Below, piece after piece: positions 51,305-59,974 of a DNA stretch of 64,000 nucleotides. Numbering within the stretch: position 1 is the first letter of the stretch; every line of letters starts with the position of its first letter. The notes beneath the pieces are model-generated. The model was given only the letters and a program-made list of their open reading frames with translations, searched no databases and had not been told where the DNA came from. The DNA lies in the NCBI GenBank assembly GCA_965248575.1, contig CBDFJQ010000002.1:3744001-3808000 (forward strand), read 5' to 3'. The stretch comes from Planctomycetota bacterium (lineage in GTDB: Bacteria; Planctomycetota; B15-G4). The translations under genes and the position numbers were made by a program.

Positions 51305-53002
51305 ATGATCCGACTTCGACAGGCTTCACGCGGCGCGGTGGACCCCGCGCGTGTTCTCGTTCTGGTGTGCCTGTGCTTGTCCCTGGTGTTGGGTGTCGGG
51401 CGGCTGAACGCGCAAGACGATCATGGCCACGGCCACGATCAGGACGGCGCCGGCCACGATGGCGATCACGATGGCGATCACGATGGCGACCGCGACGCGC
51501 CCCATGAACACGACGGCGACGCGCCCCACGAGCACGACGACGATGGCAAGCCAGAACCGCCGCCCGTCGACTTCGCGGCTTTCATGTCCCTCTCCGAGTT
51601 GGACGAGGGCGGCCCGCGCGGCCTGCGCCTGAACAAGCCGGGGGCCATGCCGGGCTACACGCTCTTCGGCCCGCTCAACAGCAAGATCATCTACCTGGTC
51701 GACATGGCAGGCGAGGTGGTGCACAGCTGGGAGACGGATTCGGCGCCGGGTGCGTGGAGTTACCTGCTCGACGACGGCACGCTGCTGCGCGCCGGGCGCG
51801 AGGATGCGGACCCGCACTTCGCAGGCGGCGGCATCGGCGGGCGTGTGCAACGCCTGGCGCCCGACGGCAGCGTCCTTTGGCACTGGCAGTGGAGCGGTGA
51901 CCAGCACCAGCAGCACCACGACATCGAGCCCATGCCCAACGGCAACCTGCTGGTCATCAGCTGGGAGCAGAAGAGCGCGCGCGACGCCGTGGACATGGGC
52001 CGCGACCCGCGCGAGGTGGATCGCGAGCGGGGCTTCTGGCCCGACATGGTGCTCGAGGTGAAGCCCGTAGGCACCAACGGCGTGGAGGTGGTCTGGCAGT
52101 GGCACGCTTGGGATCACCTGGTGCAGGACTTTCAGGAGCAGCTGCCCAATTACGGTTGGGTCGCCGAGCACCCGGGGCGGCTCGACATCAACGGCGACCA
52201 CCGGCGGGACGCGCCGCTCACGGAGGCCGAGCTGAAGGAGCAGGCCGAGTTGTTGGCCGGCATGCGCGCCCTGGGTTATGTGGGCGGCAGCGATGAGGAC
52301 GACGAGGAAGAGGGCGGCAAGAAGGCTGGCGACTGGTTGCACACGAACGCCATCGACTACGACCCGGTCAGCGACCTGATCGTGTTGAGCACGCCGCACT
52401 TCAGCGAGCTGTGGATCATTGACCACAGCACCACCACCGCCGAGGCAGCCACCAGCAACGGCGGCCGACGCAAAAAGGGTGGTGACATCCTCTGGCGCTG
52501 GGGCAACCCCCGCCGCTACGGCGCCGGCAAGGACGAGGACCAGGCGCTCTTCTACCAGCACGACCCGACCTTTGTTTATGGGCCGGGCGGCCTGCTGAGT
52601 GTGTTGGTGTTCAACAACGGCCGCGGCCGCGCCGATGGCAACTACAGTTCAGCCGACGAGCTGGTGTTGCCCTTGGACGCGGGCGGCGGTTTCGCACGCC
52701 AGCCCGGTCAGCCCTACGGCCCCGCAGCCCCGGCCTGGAGCTACTCCGCGGGTGACGACTTCTATTCTGCGTTCATCTCCGGTGCCCAGCGCCTGCCCAA
52801 CGGCAACACGCTGCTCTGCTCCGGGGCCCCGGGCCGCATCTTCGAGGTGACCCCCGAGGGCGAGGTGGTGTGGGACTACCGCAATGGGTTCGGCGGGGAT
52901 GTGGAGCCGCCGGAGCACGCAGGCAAGGCGCCGCCCTTGGCATTGTTCCGGGCTGCACGGATTCCGCTGGATGCACCCGGGGTGAAGGCGCTAGGTCTAT
53001 AG
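51305..53002 (+). CDS. Aryl-sulfate sulfotransferase-like beta-propeller with His/Asp-rich N-terminal tract
   Basis: Signal peptide; GYTLF, HHDIEPMPNGN, WHAWDHL, DWLHTNAIDY, QHD and SGAQRLPNGNTL. Confidence 0.85.
   Translation: MIRLRQASRGAVDPARVLVLVCLCLSLVLGVGRLNAQDDHGHGHDQDGAGHDGDHDGDHDGDRDAPHEHDGDAPHEHDDDGKPEPPPVDFAAFMSLSELDEGGPRGLRLNKPGAMPGYTLFGPLNSKIIYLVDMAGEVVHSWETDSAPGAWSYLLDDGTLLRAGREDADPHFAGGGIGGRVQRLAPDGSVLWHWQWSGDQHQQHHDIEPMPNGNLLVISWEQKSARDAVDMGRDPREVDRERGFWPDMVLEVKPVGTNGVEVVWQWHAWDHLVQDFQEQLPNYGWVAEHPGRLDINGDHRRDAPLTEAELKEQAELLAGMRALGYVGGSDEDDEEEGGKKAGDWLHTNAIDYDPVSDLIVLSTPHFSELWIIDHSTTTAEAATSNGGRRKKGGDILWRWGNPRRYGAGKDEDQALFYQHDPTFVYGPGGLLSVLVFNNGRGRADGNYSSADELVLPLDAGGGFARQPGQPYGPAAPAWSYSAGDDFYSAFISGAQRLPNGNTLLCSGAPGRIFEVTPEGEVVWDYRNGFGGDVEPPEHAGKAPPLALFRAARIPLDAPGVKALGL
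51417..51545 (+). repeat. Coding tandem repeats (HDGD)n and DAPHEHDG x2
   Basis: Repeated CACGATGGCGAT units and a duplicated GACGCGCCCCAYGARCACGAC. Confidence 0.75.
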
Positions 53003-53033
53003 GAGGCTATTCAAGGCCGAAGGAGCCCAGACC

Positions 53034-53510
53034 ATGAGCCAGTCCACCGCATCCATCCTCTGGCAGCGGGACGAGGGCGCTGCCTTCATCGACAACCGCT
53101 ACAGCCGCGCCCACCGTTGGAGCTTCGAAGGTGGGACAGAGGTGCTGGCCTCCTCGGCCACCACCGTGGTGCCCGTGCCGTACTCCGTGGCCGAGGCCGT
53201 GGACCCGGAGGAGGCCTTCGTGGCCTCGCTCTCCAGCTGCCACATGCTGTGGTTCCTCTCCCTGGCCGCAAAGCAGGGCTTCGTGGTGGAGAGCTACAGC
53301 GACGAAGCGAGCGGCGTGTTGGGAAAGGAGGCGAGCGGTCGCATGGCCATGACGGTCGTGAACCTGCACCCGCGAGTGGTGTTCGGGGGTGAGCGGCGGC
53401 CGAGCGATGTTGAGTTCACCGCGCTGCATGAGTCGGCGCACGAGCAGTGTTTCATCGCCAACTCGGTGAAGACCGATGTGCGTTGTGCGGCGCTGGATGT
53501 GACGGTTTAG
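53034..53510 (+). CDS. OsmC/Ohr family protein
   Basis: YSRAH, VDPEEAFVASLSSCHMLWFL and AHEQCFIANSVK; AAGGAG RBS. Confidence 0.92.
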   Translation: MSQSTASILWQRDEGAAFIDNRYSRAHRWSFEGGTEVLASSATTVVPVPYSVAEAVDPEEAFVASLSSCHMLWFLSLAAKQGFVVESYSDEASGVLGKEASGRMAMTVVNLHPRVVFGGERRPSDVEFTALHESAHEQCFIANSVKTDVRCAALDVTV

Positions 53511-53811
53511 GGCGGCTGGCGGTATGCGGACCTGCCTTTCACTGCTGTGGATAGATAGCGTGGCCGGGCGCCTGAGGGTGCGATTCGGGGAAGAGCTGCA
53601 GATATCAGCAGCGGAGGCTGGCGGGATAACGCGCGCTGCGCGATGATTAGGCGGACCGGCCTATCGGAGTGAGGCTTCGAAGGCCGATCTGGCGCTTGCG
53701 TCAGAGCAAGGGAACGGAAGAGGAGGGTGTGGCCGTGGACAGGGAGACGAGACACGAGCAGTTGGATGTAGGCCGACTGCAGGCCTCGTTCCGTTTCTGT
53801 GTGATGGCTTC

Positions 53812-53832
53812 GCTGTCCAATTGTAGTTAGGC
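53812..53832 (+). other. attI-like integron attachment site
   Basis: GTTAGGC core (GTTRRRY) at 53826-53832 just before the first cassette, with no upstream RYYYAAC/attC hairpin. Confidence 0.45.
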
Positions 53833-53857
53833 CGACAAGGGTGTGGAGAGAATTAAC

Positions 53858-54049
53858 ATGACAGACAGGCAAAGTACCCAGCGGTACAAGAGCGCAATTA
53901 GCTTGGCTGTCTGCGTGGCTCTCGGTGCCGGAATAGGCGCGGCGCTGGACGCCGTCGCCATCGGCGTAGCGATAGGGGCGGGCATTGGCGCGGCGCGAGG
54001 CGTTGCGGACTCGCCTTCCGAAGTGGAAGCCGAGGGCCCAGGCGAGTGA
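53858..54049 (+). CDS. Cassette 1: small glycine-zipper membrane protein
   Basis: GGAG RBS; VALGAGIGAALDAVAIGVAIGAGIG. Confidence 0.65.
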   Translation: MTDRQSTQRYKSAISLAVCVALGAGIGAALDAVAIGVAIGAGIGAARGVADSPSEVEAEGPGE

Positions 54050-54092
54050 GGGATTGGAATATTAATCGTCCAGATCGTGCTGGCATGATGCG

Positions 54093-54155
54093 GTCTAACA
54101 CGCCGTTGCAACGGACCGGGCTTCGCCCGGCCGCTGAACGGCAGGTCCGTTAGAC
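54093..54155 (+). other. attC site 1
   Basis: GTCTAAC...GCCGTTGCAACGG-ACCGGGCTTCGCCCGG-CCGCTGAACGGC...GTTAGAC: inverse core and core, L boxes with an extra-helical base, central hairpin. Confidence 0.9.
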
Positions 54156-54166
54156 GCACGAGTCCG

Positions 54167-54391
54167 ATGAAAGAGAAGGAAGTCCGAGGTCTGCTGTCGA
54201 AACTGTGCATCGAGCTTGGCTTCTGCCTGCCTCTAACAGATATCGAAAGACTTGCAGAAAACCCGCCGACAGACGCCTTGTCCTTCACGGACGCTGTCAT
54301 CTTGGCAGAGGGGTTGGTGCCGGATGAAGTGCCGCGTCGCCTATACCGCCAAGTTCGAGACATGATTGCGGGGGCACTCGATGCTCAGTAG
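54167..54391 (+). CDS. Cassette 2: hypothetical protein
   Basis: LLSKLCIELGFCLP...FTDAVILAEGL; bounded by attC1 and attC2. Confidence 0.75.
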   Translation: MKEKEVRGLLSKLCIELGFCLPLTDIERLAENPPTDALSFTDAVILAEGLVPDEVPRRLYRQVRDMIAGALDAQ

Positions 54392-54399
54392 CAGCCGGC

Positions 54400-54466
54400 G
54401 TCTAACCAGCGCTTGCAACGGACGGGGCGCTTCGCACCCGGCCGCTGAACGGCAGGTCCGTTAGGC
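54400..54466 (+). other. attC site 2
   Basis: GTCTAAC...TTGCAACGGAC...CCCGGCCGCTGAACGGCAGGTCCGTTAGGC; the 3' half is identical to attC1. Confidence 0.9.
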
Positions 54467-54570
54467 ATACTGGGAGCGGTGTGCACGGCGGGCCGAGCAA
54501 ACCCCCGAGAGTCGCCAACGGGCCATCAGTCGCTCCACGAGTGAATGAAGCGAAAGAGGAGGGATAGCGT

Positions 54571-55875
54571 GTGAGGATTCCGGACCGAAGAATGAGGCGC
54601 GGGGGTTTCGCGGTCGTCCTGGCGATCGCCGGCCTCGCCGCGACGGTTGGTGCGCAGTCTCAGACGATCCTGGCTGGGCACGTGCTCGACGTCGAGGCGG
54701 GAGCAATTCGGCCGGCCTCGCTGATCCGTGTGGATGACGGGCTCATCACCGACATCGTCCCGGCCGAGGGTCAGGACCTGCCCGACGATGTCATCGACCT
54801 CAGCGCTTGGACGCTCCTCCCCGGCTTGATCGATGCCCACACCCACCTCTGTGACGACACGCACACGGGCGAGGCCTGGGATCCTTGGGCGCTCTCGGCG
54901 CCAGCGTTCGGCATCGTTGGCGTGGTTAACGCCCGCAAGCTGCTCGACGCCGGATTCACGACCGTTCGCAACATGTCCGAGCCCTTCTACGCGGGTGTCG
55001 CCGTGCGAGACGCAATCAGCCAGGGGGACGTCCCCGGGCCGCGCGTCCTCGCCAGTGGGCCGATGATCACGATGACCGGCGGCCACGGGGACTGGGGCAG
55101 CTGGATGGGCCCCCCGCACGACGGCTCGACCCCGGCCGAGGCCGTGGCCGACGGGCCCGACGAAGTGAGAAAAGAGACGCGCGAACAGCTGCGCCACGGG
55201 GTCGACTGGATCAAGGTCGCGGCGACGGGTGGATTCTCAAGCGAGGGTACGCAGCCAGGAGCTGCGTCTTTCACCGTGGAAGAGATGCGAGCAGCCGTCG
55301 AGGAGGCGGCCAAGCGAGGCCGGTTCGTCGCCGCCCATGCTCACGGCTCGTCGGGTATCGCCAACGCGATCGCCGCGGGCGCACGCTCGATCGAACACGG
55401 TAGCCTGCTGGACGACGAGTCGATCCGGCTCATGAAGCAGCACGATGTGTTCCTTGTCGCGGACTTGTTCGGCGCCTGGTACGACCTCGTCGAGGGTGAC
55501 AAGGACTGGAGCGAGAAGGGCATCTCCAACAGCACAGCCGAGTATGAGGCCTATGCCGAGCGCGTCGCGCGCGCCCACAGCGCTGGCGTCCGTCTCGCCT
55601 TCGGTACCGACGCGGGGGCTACGCCACACGGGCGCGGCGCCGAGCAATTCGCCCTGATGGTCGAAGCCGGCATCGCCCCGGAGGACGCGCTCCGTTCAGC
55701 GACGAACGTGGCCGCCGCATTGCTCGGTGTAGGGGAACAGGTGGGCAGCGTCAGCGTCGGCAAGTGGGCTGATCTCATCGCGGTCAGAGGCAACCCACTC
55801 GACGACGTCACGGTGCTTTCTGACGTGCAGTTTGTCATGAAGGGTGGTGTGATCCATCGCTGGGAGCGCGACTAG
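54571..55875 (+). CDS. Cassette 3: secreted amidohydrolase (Xaa-Pro dipeptidase-like)
   Basis: GAGGAGG RBS; signal peptide; PGLIDAHTH, GFTTVR, WIKV, AHAHG, SIEHG, FGTDAG, and VMKGG. Confidence 0.92.
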   Translation: MRIPDRRMRRGGFAVVLAIAGLAATVGAQSQTILAGHVLDVEAGAIRPASLIRVDDGLITDIVPAEGQDLPDDVIDLSAWTLLPGLIDAHTHLCDDTHTGEAWDPWALSAPAFGIVGVVNARKLLDAGFTTVRNMSEPFYAGVAVRDAISQGDVPGPRVLASGPMITMTGGHGDWGSWMGPPHDGSTPAEAVADGPDEVRKETREQLRHGVDWIKVAATGGFSSEGTQPGAASFTVEEMRAAVEEAAKRGRFVAAHAHGSSGIANAIAAGARSIEHGSLLDDESIRLMKQHDVFLVADLFGAWYDLVEGDKDWSEKGISNSTAEYEAYAERVARAHSAGVRLAFGTDAGATPHGRGAEQFALMVEAGIAPEDALRSATNVAAALLGVGEQVGSVSVGKWADLIAVRGNPLDDVTVLSDVQFVMKGGVIHRWERD

Positions 55876-55951
55876 TGGGGCAAGCGGGCGACGCCTGGCA
55901 GGAGGTGCGGTCGAGCGGCGAACCAGGCCGAGATCGAGTTGGACGGCAGAT

Positions 55952-56014
55952 GCCTAACAGGCTGCTGCAGCAGACGGCGCTTCGCGTCGCAGCTGAGCAG
56001 CGTGGTCGCTTGCT
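55952..56014 (+). other. attC site 3 (core degenerate)
   Basis: GCCTAAC (complementary to GTTAGGC at 54460), GCTGCTGCAGC...GCTGAGCAGC arms; the core has decayed to GCTTGCT. Confidence 0.75.
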
Positions 56015-56026
56015 GGACGCAAGACA

Positions 56027-56362
56027 ATGATCCCTGTCATCCTCTTCAGCGTGCTTGCTTCCGTCTGCTTCTTGCAGTGCTGGTTGCTTGGAGTTGCCAG
56101 GGTGGAGCCAGGTCATCTCCGAGGTTTTTCGGTCTCTGGCTCCGCATTCCAGGGGGTTGGCTGGGCCTTCTTTCTGGTCATCACGACAATCGACATGCAG
56201 CCGCCTCTGGGAACCATCCTGGCTAGCGTGGGATTGCTACTCGTTGTGCTCGGTCTCGTCCGAGAGCGCAAGGCGGCGCGACAGCTAACCAGCCGCAGAA
56301 ACGGACGGTCCGCTGCGCGGCCCGTCGCTGAGCCGCCCGTTCTCCGGGACGAGGGCGCCTGA
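56027..56362 (+). CDS. Cassette 4: small membrane protein (ORF reads through attC4)
   Basis: Three hydrophobic segments; starts just after attC3. Confidence 0.55.
   Translation: MIPVILFSVLASVCFLQCWLLGVARVEPGHLRGFSVSGSAFQGVGWAFFLVITTIDMQPPLGTILASVGLLLVVLGLVRERKAARQLTSRRNGRSAARPVAEPPVLRDEGA
56283..56345 (+). other. attC site 4 (degenerate 3' end)
   Basis: AGCTAAC inverse core, central GACGG...CCGTC hairpin, GCTGAG; the terminal GTT is not followed by RRRY. Confidence 0.6.
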
Positions 56363-56409
56363 GACCCCCCCCCCGGGCAGTAGCAGGGGGAACGAGTTCG
56401 GGGCCTCAA

Positions 56410-56436
56410 CGCTGCAAACCGATCTTAGTTGCAGCG
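56410..56436. terminator. Inverted repeat downstream of the kinase gene
   Basis: CGCTGCAA-N11-TTGCAGCG between convergent genes. Confidence 0.35.
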
Positions 56437-56460
56437 AGACTCGGTACGGGTCGCGTCTTC

Positions 56461-59232
56461 TCAGGGTTCGCGGCCATCCCTCGGGACTCTGCGCGCAGCC
56501 TCGGAGGCTTCGCTCAGCAAGGCGTCGAAGCGTGAGTCCTCTCGCGCCGACTCCCACTCGGGCGTCATCCGCAAGTAATCCAGCCGCGAGAAGCCGAGCT
56601 TGAGCCCGCACTCAAGCAAATCGAGAGCTTCGGAGCGGAGCTGCTCGGCCTCCAGAGGGTCGGACGCGAGGTCGGCGCAGCCGGCGAGGAGTTCTCCGGC
56701 GCCAACGGCGATCAGCTCGTCCGCGAGCTCCTCGACGGGGATGGCTGCCGCGAGCTCACGCGCGCGTGCTGCGTCGCCGCGTGCGATCTGACCGTAGCCT
56801 TCCTGGATGCGCGCCCACGCGAGGTCGTGGCGCAAGAACGGTTCGGTCGGAGCGTGGAGCAAGGCGCGCTCGACCCGCCGAGCTCCACGCGCGGCGGGCT
56901 CGCAAGCCTCGGCGCGCTGTTCAAGATGAACCAGGTTCGTCGCAAGGTTGATGTCAGCGCGGCCAGCCATCATGAGCAACGTGAGATCTTCTTCCTGCTC
57001 GAGCCAGGGCTTCGTGACGTCGCACGCCACCTCGAACCAGGTGCGCGCCGCTTCAACACGACCCTGCGATACAAGCAAGTGGCCCATGTTCCCTGCGAGC
57101 ACGACGTGCGTTCGGGCGTAGGCGGCGCGCGTGGGATAGTCCAGGCGGAGTCTGGCGATGAGCGCCAAGCCCTCGGTGAGCGCGCTCTCGGTTTCGTCGG
57201 CACTCATGTAGTAGATCGCGTTGGTGCAGGCCCCCGCTGCGGAGTGCAGCACGTCGCTGCGCCGTGGCTGTGCGATCGCTGCGTCGCGCAGCATCGGTAG
57301 GGCGCGGAGGAATGTGTTGCGCGTGGCTTCGTCCGTTCGACCGAACAGCGCGTGTCCCGGAGCGGCCTTCGCTGGAACGGCGCGCTGGCTCAGCGCTGTG
57401 GCGAGCGTGTATCGGGCCTCGAAGAGCTCCGGTTCGGTGGAGGCCTGGGCCAGCGCGAGCTCTGCCGCCGCAACCGCCGCGTCAGCTGCGGCGATCGCTC
57501 CAGGCAGGTTGCCTAGCCGCCGCTCCAGCCGGCTCTGGTTGCGCAAGACAATGCTTGCCGTGAGCCGCGGTTCGAGGAGCGGCTCGGGTTCGATGAGTCC
57601 AGCGGACTTCACGAAGGCCGCGTGGGCCTCCACCAGACGCCCTCGCTTTTCGAGCAGGTTGCCCAGCCCGTTGAGCGGCGGCGAAAGCTCGTGTTGGTGC
57701 AGCTCCGCTGAATCGCTGAACTCGAGGGCGGCGCGGAATTGATGCTCGGCCTCTTCAAGCCGTCCCATGCTCATGAACACGTTGCCGAGCGCTGTGTGCA
57801 AGCGCACCGCGCGTTCTTGGAGCGCGCCATCGCCGGGTCGTTGCGCAGTGAGGCTCTGGATCGAGGTGACCGCCTCTTCGAGCATGGTGAGGCGGTCGCC
57901 ATCCAGGTGCGGGACGTTCTCGAGCACACCGGTACCGAGCCCCCAGACGAACACGTCGAGCGCCTTGAGCGCGCGATCGAGGTTCGCTTCGGCGCGGTTG
58001 CTTTGCACCACTTCCCGCTGGCGCGCCGCGAACTGTTGAATCGAAAAGGCAATCGGGGCAACGACAACGAGCGCGAGCAGCGCGGCGCGCGCTGGGTAAC
58101 GCTGCGCCCAGCGGCCGACGCGCACCGGCGCGCTCACCGGGCGCGCCTCGATCGGCTGTCCGGCAAGCACGCGGCTCAGCTCGCTCGCCATGTCCGAGAT
58201 CGTGGCGTAGCGTTGTTCGGGGGCGTGAGCCAGCGCAGTCTCGACAAGTGTTTCGACGTCGCGCGCGAGTTCCCGACGTCGACCGCGGATCGACGCGCGC
58301 TCTCCGCGAAGGATCGATGCGCTCAACACCTCTGGGCCACCCACATACGGGGGCTGCAGCGTCAGCGCTTCGCACAACAGCGCGCCCAGGCCGTACACAT
58401 CGCTGCGAGCGTCGACTTCCTCACCGCGCACTTGTTCGGGGGACATGTACGGGAGCGAGCCCACCCGTGATCCGCTCGTCGTGAGGCTCGCGGCGTCTTT
58501 GGAGCTCGCGAGACCGAAGTCGAAGAGCAGCGCGCGCCCATCGATCGTGAGCATGACATTGGAAGGCTTCAGGTCGCGGTGAAGCACGCCGCGCTCGTGG
58601 GCGTGCGCGAGGGCATCTGCGATGCGCTCGGCGATGCGCACGCACGTCATGACGCCGCTGCCCGCGTAGAGTTCTCCACCGACGTCGGCGCGCAAACCGT
58701 CGCGCTCCTCGATGACTTCGGCGACGGCGCGCGCGAGATCCACGCCCTGGTGGGGTGGCGCGTCGCAGCGCGCGAGCGCCTCGGCGAGCGTCGCGCCTTG
58801 CAGACGCTCCATGGCGAAGTACGGAACGCCGCTCTCCTCGCCAACCGTATAGACGGGCACGATCCCGGGGTGCGCGAGGCGTGCCACGAGCTGCACCTCG
58901 CGCCGGAAGCGTCCACGTGAGTCGGGGAAGAAGAGTTGATCCGAGCGGACGATCTTGAGCGCGACCTCACGGTCGAGCGACTCCTGTACCGCCGCGTAGA
59001 CCACGCCCATTCCGCCGCCGCCGAGCCGCGGCCCCAGCCGGAAGTCTCCGAGGCGTTCCGGAGGCGAGTCCGGTTCACCAAGCAACCCCGCGTCGACCAG
59101 CGTCTTCATTCGCGAGCGCAGCGCCGTGGCTTGCTCGGGGTGTTCGCGGCAGAGCGCGTCGAGTGCTGCCGAACCCTCGCGTTCAATGCGATCGAGGCAA
59201 CGGTGCACGAGTTGGTCGAGGACATCGTGCAT
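56461..59232 (-). CDS. Hanks-type Ser/Thr protein kinase with C-terminal TPR region
   Basis: LGGGGMGVVY, VALK, HRDLKPSN, DFGLA, GSLPYMSPEQ and DVYGLG; a TM-like segment then TPR helices. Confidence 0.93.
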   Translation of the reverse strand: MHDVLDQLVHRCLDRIEREGSAALDALCREHPEQATALRSRMKTLVDAGLLGEPDSPPERLGDFRLGPRLGGGGMGVVYAAVQESLDREVALKIVRSDQLFFPDSRGRFRREVQLVARLAHPGIVPVYTVGEESGVPYFAMERLQGATLAEALARCDAPPHQGVDLARAVAEVIEERDGLRADVGGELYAGSGVMTCVRIAERIADALAHAHERGVLHRDLKPSNVMLTIDGRALLFDFGLASSKDAASLTTSGSRVGSLPYMSPEQVRGEEVDARSDVYGLGALLCEALTLQPPYVGGPEVLSASILRGERASIRGRRRELARDVETLVETALAHAPEQRYATISDMASELSRVLAGQPIEARPVSAPVRVGRWAQRYPARAALLALVVVAPIAFSIQQFAARQREVVQSNRAEANLDRALKALDVFVWGLGTGVLENVPHLDGDRLTMLEEAVTSIQSLTAQRPGDGALQERAVRLHTALGNVFMSMGRLEEAEHQFRAALEFSDSAELHQHELSPPLNGLGNLLEKRGRLVEAHAAFVKSAGLIEPEPLLEPRLTASIVLRNQSRLERRLGNLPGAIAAADAAVAAAELALAQASTEPELFEARYTLATALSQRAVPAKAAPGHALFGRTDEATRNTFLRALPMLRDAAIAQPRRSDVLHSAAGACTNAIYYMSADETESALTEGLALIARLRLDYPTRAAYARTHVVLAGNMGHLLVSQGRVEAARTWFEVACDVTKPWLEQEEDLTLLMMAGRADINLATNLVHLEQRAEACEPAARGARRVERALLHAPTEPFLRHDLAWARIQEGYGQIARGDAARARELAAAIPVEELADELIAVGAGELLAGCADLASDPLEAEQLRSEALDLLECGLKLGFSRLDYLRMTPEWESAREDSRFDALLSEASEAARRVPRDGREP

Positions 59233-59299
59233 TGGATCTGCCAATCGTTCGACCTCTTAGCTTGGCGCAGAACGGCCGCCTCGATGGATGAGCGAGGCT

Positions 59300-59314
59300 G
59301 ATAGACTGTCTATC
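59300..59314. promoter_or_regulatory. Perfect palindrome in the STK/ECF divergent promoter
   Basis: GATAGAC-T-GTCTATC. Confidence 0.45.
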
Positions 59315-59337
59315 TTTTGGCCAGAGGGTACCAGCGC

Positions 59338-59886
59338 GTGGAAGAGGCAGGCAGTCAGGACGCAGCGATCGAGCGCTTGCTCGCCGAGCACCTACCTGGC
59401 CTGCGCGCGTACGTCCGCCTCAAGACAGGGCCGCTCGTGCGCGCGCGCGAATCGGAGTCGGACGTCGTCCAGTCCACGTGCCGCAAAGTGCTCGAACACA
59501 AGGATCGCTTTCAGCACGGCGACGCCGGGCACTTTCGCCGCTGGCTCTACAAGACTGCGCTGCGCACGATCCTCGACAAGCACGACTTCCACACCGCAGC
59601 TCGGCGCGACGCTCGACGAGACGTCGGTGTCGCGAACGACGAACTGCTCGCAGCCTACGCCGGCTTTTGTACGCCGAGCCGCGTGGCCAGCGCTCACGAG
59701 CAGCTCGATCGCATCGAGAACGCCTTCGCGGCACTCGAAAGCGACCAGCGCGAGGTCGTGCTGCTCTCGCGAATCATCGGGCTCTCCCGCGCCGAGGTCG
59801 CCGAGGAGATGGGCCGCAGTGAGGCTTCCGTGCGTAATCTGCTGCACCGAACGCTGGTTCACCTGAGCCGCGACCTCGAGATCTGA
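59338..59886 (+). CDS. ECF sigma factor (STK-associated, planctomycete-type)
   Basis: LRAYVR...RESESDVVQS...FRRWL; TPSRVA; sigma4 LESDQREVVLL...GLSRAEVAEEMGRSEASVRNLLHR. Confidence 0.9.
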   Translation: MEEAGSQDAAIERLLAEHLPGLRAYVRLKTGPLVRARESESDVVQSTCRKVLEHKDRFQHGDAGHFRRWLYKTALRTILDKHDFHTAARRDARRDVGVANDELLAAYAGFCTPSRVASAHEQLDRIENAFAALESDQREVVLLSRIIGLSRAEVAEEMGRSEASVRNLLHRTLVHLSRDLEI

Positions 59887-59974
59887 TTTTTTCCGGGACG
59901 TTCGCTCGCGGATCCCGATTTAAGGGAGGCGCGACCGGAGATGTCGCGCTGTCGCGTCTTGGAGAGAACCCGCC

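Larger units (their letters stand above)
53826..56345 (+). mobile_element. Integron gene-cassette array without adjacent integrase (CALIN-like)
   Basis: Four co-oriented single-ORF cassettes, each followed by an attC-type imperfect palindrome. Confidence 0.82.

Noticed and set aside
53034..53510. OsmC gene as an integron cassette
   Set aside because: No RYYYAAC...GTTRRRY attC palindrome follows it.
53507..53872. Minus-strand ORF as an intI remnant
   Set aside because: No tyrosine-recombinase motifs or IntI-like N-terminus were recognised.
54093..54466. attC1/attC2 as CRISPR repeats
   Set aside because: They are about 65 bp long, separated by a whole ORF, and have attC core/inverse-core structure; no cas genes are present.
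56365..56374. C10 homopolymer as a phase-variation tract
   Set aside because: It lies between convergent gene ends, not in a promoter or a supported CDS.
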